Positions 8,508-16,155 of a stretch of DNA of 64,000 nt are shown in pieces (the stretch's first letter is position 1; every line of letters starts with the position of its first letter). The translations under genes were made by a program, and so were the position numbers. A model generated the notes under the pieces. That model was not told the origin of the DNA. It saw only the letters and a program-made list of their open reading frames with translations, and did no database searches. This DNA comes from an uncultured Centipeda sp. (GTDB taxonomy: Bacteria; Bacillota; Negativicutes; Selenomonadales; Selenomonadaceae), in assembly GCA_905372865.1 (NCBI GenBank), contig CAJPQT010000016.1, positions 1,777-65,776 on the forward strand, read 5' to 3'.

Positions 8508-9887
8508 TTGATTTGGGAGAAACTAAAAGATTTTTTTGACTTGCATGGCGACATTGCCTCGACACAGGAAATTACGAAGCGGATCAACGCCGGCGTGCGA
8601 TTTCGGGGGACGAATCTCAGTGTCCTGATGCTGGCGATCTTTATCGCCTCCATCGGGCTCAATATGAACAGCACGGCGGTCATCATCGGCGCGATGCTGA
8701 TTTCTCCGCTGATGGGGTCGATCCTTGGAATTGGCTATGGGCTTGCCCGTTATGACAGCACATACATTCGTTCCAGCGCAGGAAGTCTGCTCGCTCAAGT
8801 GATCATTTCGGTTGCCACATCGACGCTTTACTTTTCCCTCACACCGATCGATGCCCCTTCGTCGGAACTGCTTGCACGGACATCGCCGACCATCTGGGAC
8901 GTTTTGATTGCTGTCTTTGGCGGCTTGGCAGGAATCATCGGCGTAACACGCAAAGAGGGCGGGAATGTCATCCCTGGTGTTGCGATTGCAACAGCTCTGA
9001 TGCCTCCTCTCTGCACCGCAGGATATGGCATTGCTACCGGCGTTATGGCGTACACCGTGGGTGCACTCTACCTGTTCTTTATCAACAGCTTCTTTATCTG
9101 TCTGACGACATTCATCGTCCTGAAAATCATTGACATTCCCTCCAAGATAGAGCGCAACTCCGTGGAATTTTCAAGACAGAAACGCTACCTGATGGCTTTT
9201 GCAGTGCTTGTCACGCTGCCCAGCTGCTTCTTTGCGTATCAAAGCGTGCAGAAAAATCTGGAGAACGAGCAGGCGAAGATTTATATCGAGGAGAATTTCA
9301 AAGCACCTCCTCGTCTGGCAATCTCCTATACTTTGGATAACGAGAAGAAAATGCTGACAGTGTTTACGATTGCCGGAATATCGGAGGATGATTTGACGGT
9401 ATTGACAGAGAAACTGCATGAAAAGGCACATCTTAGACCGTTCCGGTTGGAGGTGTTTTCTGCGGAAACGGTTGAAGAGAGAGAAAAGATGGAGGCGATG
9501 ATCGATCAAAGACTCAGCGAGGTTGAAAAAAGTGCCATTCCCTCTATGCAGGAGCAGCAGACCGTGACCGCACTCAAGTCTGCCCGCGAGGAAAGTGAGA
9601 AGCAGGGGACTTACATATTGGACTGGAATCGAGAGGCGCGTATTGTATTTCCGCAAATCTCCCGCATCGCTGTCGGGAGTGTACACGCACCCGCCGGGAC
9701 TGGGGATCAATCGGCTGCTCTGAGTGAAACGCAAATTGCGTTCATATATCTGCAATCGGATATGGACGAAGCATCGCGTGCTCGCTTGACCGAATGGATT
9801 TCGGACAAAGCAAAGAACCGTGTAGAGGTGCACTTCCTTCCTGAAGTCTCGGCAGCAAATGAAAACAAAGGAGGAACTGTATCTTAG
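8508..9887 (+). CDS. DUF389/TIGR00341-family integral membrane protein with a C-terminal soluble extension
   Basis: LSVLMLAIFIASIGLNMNSTAVIIGAMLISPLMGSILG..., and VIPGVAIATALMPPLCTAGYG is typical of DUF389. A TTG start at 8508 lies 8 nt after GAAGGAG (the track ORF starts at 8481). Confidence 0.7.
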   Translation: MIWEKLKDFFDLHGDIASTQEITKRINAGVRFRGTNLSVLMLAIFIASIGLNMNSTAVIIGAMLISPLMGSILGIGYGLARYDSTYIRSSAGSLLAQVIISVATSTLYFSLTPIDAPSSELLARTSPTIWDVLIAVFGGLAGIIGVTRKEGGNVIPGVAIATALMPPLCTAGYGIATGVMAYTVGALYLFFINSFFICLTTFIVLKIIDIPSKIERNSVEFSRQKRYLMAFAVLVTLPSCFFAYQSVQKNLENEQAKIYIEENFKAPPRLAISYTLDNEKKMLTVFTIAGISEDDLTVLTEKLHEKAHLRPFRLEVFSAETVEEREKMEAMIDQRLSEVEKSAIPSMQEQQTVTALKSAREESEKQGTYILDWNREARIVFPQISRIAVGSVHAPAGTGDQSAALSETQIAFIYLQSDMDEASRARLTEWISDKAKNRVEVHFLPEVSAANENKGGTVS

Positions 9888-10030
9888 GACGGAGTCCACA
9901 TATCGTGAAAAAACATGAGACTACATAATCATTCAGATCGTGTAATGCTGTGCGTCTTTCATTAGAGGCTCTTCATAGAGAAGGAGTGCATCTTTTTCCA
10001 GATAAGCTCCCAAGCTTATAACACACAACG

Positions 10031-10073
10031 AGAGATTCCATTCGCCCCACCTAGCGACTGGAATCTCTTTTTT
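10031..10073 (+). terminator. Intrinsic terminator (copy 2 of the duplicated hairpin)
   Basis: Same 10-bp stem as at 8178-8215, followed by a T-run. Confidence 0.6.
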
Positions 10074-10077
10074 GTTG

Positions 10078-10291
10078 CAAAGAATCATTAGGCAACACAC
10101 CCTCTCTTGTGTTATAATTTTCTTATATTTGAAACGTGGGAGGGAAGACCGTTGTTTGCAAAGACCTATGGTGCGACGACCCTCGGGATAGATGGACGGA
10201 TTATTGACGTTGAAGTGGATGTGTCGCCGGGGCTGCCGGGCTTTGAGCTGGTCGGGCTTCCCGATACGTCGGTAAAGGAGTCAAAGGAGCG
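10078..10291 (+). repeat. 214-bp perfect direct repeat, left copy (comM promoter, RBS and codons 1-47)
   Basis: Base-for-base identical by eye to 12442-12655 (offset 2364 bp). Confidence 0.85.
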
Positions 10292-10550
10292 TGTGACGAT
10301 GAATCTTGCACTCGCCGATGTGCGAAAGGACAGATCGGGGCTTGATCTGCCGATTGCCGTTGGTTTCCTTGCATCCTACGGTATGGTTTCGGAGGCGGCG
10401 GCGCAGAGTGCGCTTTTCTCAGCGGAGCTTTCTCTCGATGGAAACTGCCATCCGATCAGCGGCATTCTTCCAATGGCGATTACGGCATGTGAGCGGGGAC
10501 TGACGAAGTTCTACGTTGCTCCGTCCATTGCGGTGGAGAATTTCATCTGA
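10152..10550 (+). pseudogene. Copy C: comM/yifB 5' fragment (~codons 1-145, with a 16-codon internal deletion)
   Basis: Translation matches ComM through ...FYVAPS, then diverges to a stop. It lacks RTAIRNSGIQLRQERV relative to the intact gene. Extended -10 at 10110-10118. Confidence 0.85.
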
Positions 10551-10590
10551 CAACATTTCTATTTTTGTATACTTCCTAGACATGACGAAT

Positions 10591-10635
10591 CCCTACTGTT
10601 GTAATTTTTATTTTACAACAGTAGGGATCTTTTTT
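10591..10635 (+). terminator. Intrinsic terminator after the comM fragment
   Basis: Perfect 14-bp stem CCCTACTGTTGTAA / TTACAACAGTAGGG with an 8-nt loop, followed by a T-run. Confidence 0.7.
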
Positions 10636-10651
10636 ACTGTCCGTTCTCTAG

Positions 10652-11179
10652 AGAGCTGTCCACTTGACCGAGGAGGAAATGAAACAGATTTTCGTCAAGG
10701 CACTGAACTCCTTGATGGAAGTCAAAGAGAACGTGATCGCAGAACTCCGTTCCCTGATTGATAGCGTTTGCCAGATGGAGGAGCTGATAGAGGAGCGCAG
10801 TATGGTAGAGCAAGACTTAGGCAATTTGGCAGAAAGGATTGAAAAACTGATTCGCGAGAATGCACTGGTGGCACAGGACCAGACGGCATATCTGAAACAG
10901 GAAAATGAGATTCGCGCACTCTATGTGGAAAAGCAGGGACGTTTGGAGCAGTTGGACGAGCAAATTACCGAGAGGGAGAGTAAGAGAAACGCTTTGGAGA
11001 GCATGATTCAAGTGCTATGTGGTATCAACGAGGAGCAGGTTGCGTTTGACGAGGAGCTATGGGGCGGGGTGCTCGATCACATTATGGTCAAGGAGGATGG
11101 TGTGGCAGTTGTTGTTTTCAAGGGTGGGATTGAGAGCGGCGTTGATGGATGTAGAGGTTTGTTCTATTTAAGGAAATAA
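10652..11179 (+). pseudogene. Second large serine recombinase fragment (coiled-coil and C-terminal part only)
   Basis: Collinear with residues ~HLTGEEIKQ to the end of the 5459-6226 fragment (for example ALVAQDQTAYLKQENEIRALYVEKQ and VVVFKGGIE). The zinc ribbon and catalytic domain are absent. Confidence 0.75.
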
Positions 11180-11304
11180 AGCGGATGAAGATCGGTACTC
11201 TATAGGGGGACATTGGCAGGGAAAAGATGCGCTGAGAGAAGTTGGACTACAGTTATCAGCGTTTCTTACAATACAGTCAACAAATTAATTAAGAAGTGTT
11301 ATCC

Positions 11305-11913
11305 TTAAAGCTTTTCGAGTTGTTTTAAATGATCTTGCACTAATGTGTGTGAATACATTTTAGGTTGATCGGAATCACGAACAATTCGCCATAGGATAGC
11401 AGCTGCCTTTAATTTTGATTTGAACTTGTCATTTATGGGATCAGCGCAGAAATCTTTTAAGAAGCGGTTCCATTCGCATACAGAAGAATCATACTTTGCA
11501 TACGTCGATATCCCCTTATATACATTCAACATGTCCTGTATAGTAAACGATGTGTCGTGATCCGCTTTCACCTTTCGCCATGCGGTCGCCATATCTGCTG
11601 TAAATTTAAAGGGAGAAACCCTCGTCAGATTTGAGAAATATGTTCTAAACTTTGTGTTGAACGAAAAGTTGCAAGCAAGTAATGGTGTGTCCAAGGAAAT
11701 CGCTCCAGATGACATCATCTGCTCTTTTTGGGGAGTGGCTTTGACTATGTTCCCTTTAAAGTATTCTGCAATGTTGTGATTGAGATCTTTTTTTACCCCC
11801 CTGTGTGCAATTCCAAGCTTTTTGCAAATCTCTACGAGTTCTGTTCGATACCAATAATATTTTATAAACTCCTCATATGAGCGAATCTCATCAAATGCAG
11901 GACGCTGTGTCAT
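11305..11913 (-). CDS. SAP-domain-like protein of unknown function
   Basis: The N-terminal YEEFIKYYWYRTELVEICKKLGIAHRGVKKDLNHNIAEYF resembles a SAP DNA-binding motif. The ORF is intact, with GAGGAG RBS and a TGaTATAAT promoter. The segment is visibly AT-richer than its surroundings. Confidence 0.55.
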   Translation of the reverse strand: MTQRPAFDEIRSYEEFIKYYWYRTELVEICKKLGIAHRGVKKDLNHNIAEYFKGNIVKATPQKEQMMSSGAISLDTPLLACNFSFNTKFRTYFSNLTRVSPFKFTADMATAWRKVKADHDTSFTIQDMLNVYKGISTYAKYDSSVCEWNRFLKDFCADPINDKFKSKLKAAAILWRIVRDSDQPKMYSHTLVQDHLKQLEKL

Positions 11914-11951
11914 AATGACATCTCCTCGTAAATAGCAGGTCAGACGAATAG

Positions 11952-12385
11952 ATGTCTATCATTATATCACATTTATGGTATGACACAACGCATGATTTCG
12001 AGATGGGGCAGGCGCGTGTCTTTCGGTGTGGCCGCATCACTGTGGTGGAGGAGTGTACGGATGTGACGGGGATGCCACTTTTATCCTTTGCTCATCCCGC
12101 AGAGGATCTCTATTGCCGTGTCGATGCACTCTCCTTTGTCGTCGAGATTACGGCACAGGGACGGGATTTCTTTTTTATAAAGAACACTATCCATCCATGC
12201 GACTTGTGGAGGAGAATGGGCGGTACTATATCCATGGATTTTACAATGTGGGCGAGGAGGAGTTCATCGCGGATTACTTTATCCACTATGGGGATGCAGT
12301 GCAAACAGTCGAGCCTTTGGCACTCAGAGATGTGATCCGCACAAGACTGCATACGTTGACGGTGCATTATAAGGAGATAGCGTAA
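11952..12385 (+). pseudogene. WYL-domain transcriptional regulator remnant (no HTH, frameshifted)
   Basis: Frame 1 gives HLWYD...ARVFRCGRITVVEE (WYL-domain-like). Frame 2 gives HYPSMRLVEENGRYYIHGF...YFIHYGDAVQTVEPLALRDVI (typical C-terminal WCX-like end). The two pieces are split between two frames. Confidence 0.55.
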
Positions 12386-12441
12386 TTCTTCATTATGTGT
12401 AGAGCCTCCCGCATGGGGGCTGCTACAGGCAGTTTTTTTCA

Positions 12442-12655
12442 CAAAGAATCATTAGGCAACACACCCTCTCTTGTGTTATAATTTTCTTATATTTGAAACG
12501 TGGGAGGGAAGACCGTTGTTTGCAAAGACCTATGGTGCGACGACCCTCGGGATAGATGGACGGATTATTGACGTTGAAGTGGATGTGTCGCCGGGGCTGC
12601 CGGGCTTTGAGCTGGTCGGGCTTCCCGATACGTCGGTAAAGGAGTCAAAGGAGCG
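12442..12655 (+). repeat. 214-bp perfect direct repeat, right copy
   Basis: Identical to 10078-10291. Confidence 0.85.
12453..12482 (+). promoter_or_regulatory. comM promoter (extended -10)
   Basis: TGtTATAAT at 12474-12482 with a weak -35 (TAGGCA). The ORF-track N-terminus MCYNFLIFETWEGRP is actually this promoter and RBS read as protein. Confidence 0.55.
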
Positions 12656-14045
12656 GGTACGCACCGCAATCCGCAACTCCGGCATTCAGCTGCGGCAGGA
12701 GCGTGTGACGGTGAATCTTGCGCCCGCCGATGTGCGAAAGGACAGCTCCGGTCTTGATCTGCCGATTGCCGTCGGTCTCCTTGCATCCTACGGTATGGTT
12801 CCGGAGGCGGCGGTGCAGAATGCACTGTTCTCAGCGGAGCTTTCCCTCGATGGGAACTGCCGTCCGATTAGCGGCATTCTCCCGATGGCGATTACGGCGC
12901 GTGAGAATGGGCTGACGGAGTTTTACGTTGCACCGTCGAACGCAGATGAGGCACTTCTGATTGACGGACTGAAGGTCTATGCGGTCGAGAATCTGGCGCA
13001 GCTTGTGCGTCATTTGACAGGGGCAGAAACACTGACTCCCGCTGAGCCACAAGCAACAGAACAGAAAAAGGACGCTGCGTTTACCGATGACTTTGCGGAC
13101 GTACAGGGGCAGTATCAGGCGAAACGTGCGCTTGAGATTGCGGCAGCAGGAGGGCACAATGTCCTCATGGTTGGCGTTCCCGGCTCGGGCAAGACGATGC
13201 TGGCACGTCGGATGCCTTCGATTCTGCCGGAGCTGACGAAGGAAGAAGCCATCGAGATCACGAAGATTTACAGCATCTCGGGGCTGCTCGGAAAGGATAC
13301 AGGGCTTGTGACCACGCGCCCCTTCCGCAGTCCGCATCATACGTCCTCGACGGTGGCGATGATCGGCGGCGGGAGCATTCCGCGTCCGGGCGAGGTGACG
13401 CTTGCCCATCACGGCGTGCTCTTTCTCGACGAGCTGCCGGAGTTCAGCAAGAAGACGCTTGAGGTGCTGCGTGAGCCAATCGAGGATCGTCAGATTACGG
13501 TGTCGCGTGCGAACGCGACGCTGACCTTTCCCTCTAGTATCATTTTGGTAGCGGCAATGAATCCGTGCCCCTGCGGATTCAGTGGCGATAAAGATCATGT
13601 ATGTGAATGTTCTGCGGGCGAGATCAAACGATATACGCGCAAGCTGTCAGGACCGCTGCTTGACCGTATCGATCTTCATATCCGTGTGTCGCGTGTGACC
13701 TATTCGGATCTTCATGCTACGCGCCGGGCAGAGCCCTCCGAAGCGATTCGTCAACGTGTTGTGGCGGCGCGTATGATTCAGCATGAGCGCCTGCAGCGGC
13801 ATGGGCTCTTTTGCAACGCCCAGATGAATCACAGTATGATCAAAAAATATTGTCGCCTTGAGAAAGAGGCGGAAGGATTGCTCGAAGCGGCTTTTCATCG
13901 TATCAACCTATCGGCGCGTTCCCATGACCGTATCATTAAGGTGGCGCGGACGATCGCAGATCTCTCGCAGTCCCAAAACATTACAGCGGCACATATCGCG
14001 GAGGCGATACAGCTGCGTGCTGATGTCGGACTGAACATTGAGTGA
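12516..14045 (+). CDS. comM: ComM/YifB Mg-chelatase-like AAA+ protein (competence-associated helicase family)
   Basis: TTG start 7 nt after GGGAGGG. N-terminal Lon-like domain, Walker A GVPGSGKT, Walker B VLFLDELPEF, Cys cluster NPCPCG, and a C-terminal Mg-chelatase subunit ChlI domain. Confidence 0.9.
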   Translation: MFAKTYGATTLGIDGRIIDVEVDVSPGLPGFELVGLPDTSVKESKERVRTAIRNSGIQLRQERVTVNLAPADVRKDSSGLDLPIAVGLLASYGMVPEAAVQNALFSAELSLDGNCRPISGILPMAITARENGLTEFYVAPSNADEALLIDGLKVYAVENLAQLVRHLTGAETLTPAEPQATEQKKDAAFTDDFADVQGQYQAKRALEIAAAGGHNVLMVGVPGSGKTMLARRMPSILPELTKEEAIEITKIYSISGLLGKDTGLVTTRPFRSPHHTSSTVAMIGGGSIPRPGEVTLAHHGVLFLDELPEFSKKTLEVLREPIEDRQITVSRANATLTFPSSIILVAAMNPCPCGFSGDKDHVCECSAGEIKRYTRKLSGPLLDRIDLHIRVSRVTYSDLHATRRAEPSEAIRQRVVAARMIQHERLQRHGLFCNAQMNHSMIKKYCRLEKEAEGLLEAAFHRINLSARSHDRIIKVARTIADLSQSQNITAAHIAEAIQLRADVGLNIE

Positions 14046-14068
14046 CATGACAAATAGGGAGCATAGAT

Positions 14069-14398
14069 ATGACGACGGAACATATAGAGGATGTAAAACT
14101 TGAAATCTTTATTCCGGAGACGCACCTCGCTCAGCTGCGGCATGCACTGCAGTCTGTGGATGCGGGACATCTTGGAAACTATGACAGCTGTCTTGCGTAC
14201 TCGCATGTAACAGGATCATGGCGACCACTTGCAGGAGCTTCGCCGTACGAGGGAACCATCGGGGAGCTGTCCGAGGCACCGGAACTCAAAGTCGAACTGC
14301 GTGTGAAAGCGGCTCGTTTGGAGGAGACACTATCCGCGATCCGCGCCGTTCATCCCTATGAGATGCCTGAGATCTTCGTTATTCCACTGTTGTGCTGA
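14069..14398 (+). CDS. Small PII-like/NIF3-insert-like protein (COG3323-type), function unknown
   Basis: 109 aa with KLEIFIPETHLAQLRHAL...GHLGNY..C...G.W.P. Recognised from memory of the family. GGGAG RBS. Confidence 0.55.
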   Translation: MTTEHIEDVKLEIFIPETHLAQLRHALQSVDAGHLGNYDSCLAYSHVTGSWRPLAGASPYEGTIGELSEAPELKVELRVKAARLEETLSAIRAVHPYEMPEIFVIPLLC

Positions 14399-14491
14399 AA
14401 AGGGAGATACAAGCTCTTTACACGCTATGATATAATAGAAGAAATCTGTCTCCCTCTGTGGGATTAACTGTCATCAAATGGAGGAGCGCAC

Positions 14492-15439
14492 TTGGCTGAA
14501 AAAATTCGACCCCAACTGCTCTCATTTCTAAAGCCAAATGCTGCGCCGTTGCGTGTCCTAGTTGTCGAGAGCTTGACATATCTGCATGAACTGCGCAGAA
14601 TGTTTCCGCAGGCGGAACTCTATGCCGTTACGGCAGAGGAAGATGAGATGGAGCGGGATGCTCCTGCTGGAGTTCACTGGCAGATTCTCGACTATCTTTC
14701 GATTCCGCTTCCGTACACGCGTGGATTTTTTGACTATATTATTTCAGATCTTGCCTTGGAACAGGCGGATAATCCGCAGGATATTGCTGCGGGTTTTTCC
14801 ATGTTCCTGAAAGAAACAGGAGCGTTCCTTACCAGCTTTCGCAACATTAGACATTGGTCAGTACTGCAAAATCTAATGGAAGGGCATTATTATAATATTG
14901 TTTCGCGTCTCTATGCGAGAGCTGAGTTTGAAAATCTGCTCTATGCCTCGTTTTATAAGAGTGTGCGCGTGCACCGGCAGAAGCGCGAGGCTCCGGATGG
15001 TCTCATCACGCGTCTTATAGCGGCTGGTTTTGAAAATGAGTGCGATGACCTTGAGACGGAGTTCTACCTTGTTCGTGCAGATCGCTCCATGCCGGAGCTG
15101 GCGCTTCTCAAATCCATGTATACGACGGCAGAGCGTGAGCAGATGGTACGTCTGATTCATCGGATAGAATACGATGTGGAAACCTTGGCAGCCGTCCGTG
15201 GATTGTGGGAGATGTTGGACCGACTTGCGGTATTTCCTGACTATCTGGCATCATTGGCTCGTGAGACTGTTGTTCATACAGAGGCATTCTATCAGAGCTT
15301 ATTAACCCATTCGGATGGACGAAAGGATTTCATTCATGCAGTACTGAGCGTGAGTGTCATGGAGAGCGTTGATCCATTGGAACAAGAAGGCTATCGCAGG
15401 TTACAAAGCTATATGCAAGGAAAAGAGATCGAAGGATGA
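14492..15439 (+). CDS. Methyltransferase-fold-like protein with a degenerate SAM motif, plus a helical C-terminal domain
   Basis: VLVVESLT lies where motif I (VLDxGxGxG) is expected. TTG start after GGAGGAG. It is translationally coupled to the next gene. Confidence 0.45.
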   Translation: MAEKIRPQLLSFLKPNAAPLRVLVVESLTYLHELRRMFPQAELYAVTAEEDEMERDAPAGVHWQILDYLSIPLPYTRGFFDYIISDLALEQADNPQDIAAGFSMFLKETGAFLTSFRNIRHWSVLQNLMEGHYYNIVSRLYARAEFENLLYASFYKSVRVHRQKREAPDGLITRLIAAGFENECDDLETEFYLVRADRSMPELALLKSMYTTAEREQMVRLIHRIEYDVETLAAVRGLWEMLDRLAVFPDYLASLARETVVHTEAFYQSLLTHSDGRKDFIHAVLSVSVMESVDPLEQEGYRRLQSYMQGKEIEG

Positions 15440-16125
15440 TGGAGCTGGATCGCAATAAAGTTGCCTTTATCACCTGTGTCAATGATGATGATATGTACAG
15501 TGAATGCCTGCTGTATCTAAAATCGCTGCATATTCCTGATGGAATTACAGTGGAATATATCCCAATATACAATGCGCACTCTATGTGTGCGGGATATAAC
15601 GAAGGCGCACAACAGACGAGTGCATATTATAAAATCTATCTGCATCAGGATGTGCTGATTGTCAACAAGAATATCATTGCGGATCTGCTTGCGATCTTTG
15701 AGGATAAGACGGTCGGACTTGTCGGCATGATTGGCTGCCGCAGTCTGCCGCGTTCCGGTGTCTGGTGGGATGGTCTGCGCACCTATGGGCGCGTCCTGCA
15801 TCACTGTGAGCCGGAGAGCGTGGTGGACTCCCACTGCATGGAACCGGATGAGGCATATATTGACGTGGAGGCGGTGGATGGGCTTCTGCTTGCGACGCAG
15901 TACGATCTTCCGTGGCGTGATGATCTGTTCACAGGCTGGCATCTATACGACACCTCGATGTGCATGGAGATGCAGCGGCATGATTTTCGTGTCGTCGTCC
16001 CCAACCAGGAGGAGGACTTTTGGTGTATTCATTGCCCGCGTGAGAAGCCGCTTGCGCCGGAATACAAACGATTTCAGAAGATATTTCTGCACGAATATGG
16101 AGCGGAACTGCATCCAGAGGTTTGA
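15436..16125 (+). CDS. Glycosyltransferase-like family 2 protein (Glyco_tranf_2_5 type)
   Basis: VAFITCVNDDDMYSECLLYLKSLHIPDG..EYIPIYNAHSMCAGYNEG...YKIYLHQDVLIVNKN..., which I recognise as characteristic of that family. Confidence 0.7.
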   Translation: MMELDRNKVAFITCVNDDDMYSECLLYLKSLHIPDGITVEYIPIYNAHSMCAGYNEGAQQTSAYYKIYLHQDVLIVNKNIIADLLAIFEDKTVGLVGMIGCRSLPRSGVWWDGLRTYGRVLHHCEPESVVDSHCMEPDEAYIDVEAVDGLLLATQYDLPWRDDLFTGWHLYDTSMCMEMQRHDFRVVVPNQEEDFWCIHCPREKPLAPEYKRFQKIFLHEYGAELHPEV

Positions 16126-16155
16126 GCAAAATAAGTGGAAAGGAGGTTTTCGTCT

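Noticed and set aside
12471-12515. N-terminal extension MCYNFLIFETWEGRP of the comM ORF. The same extension appears at 10107-10151.
   Set aside because: This stretch is the TGtTATAAT promoter and GGGAGGG RBS read as protein. The real start is the TTG at 12516 (and 10152).
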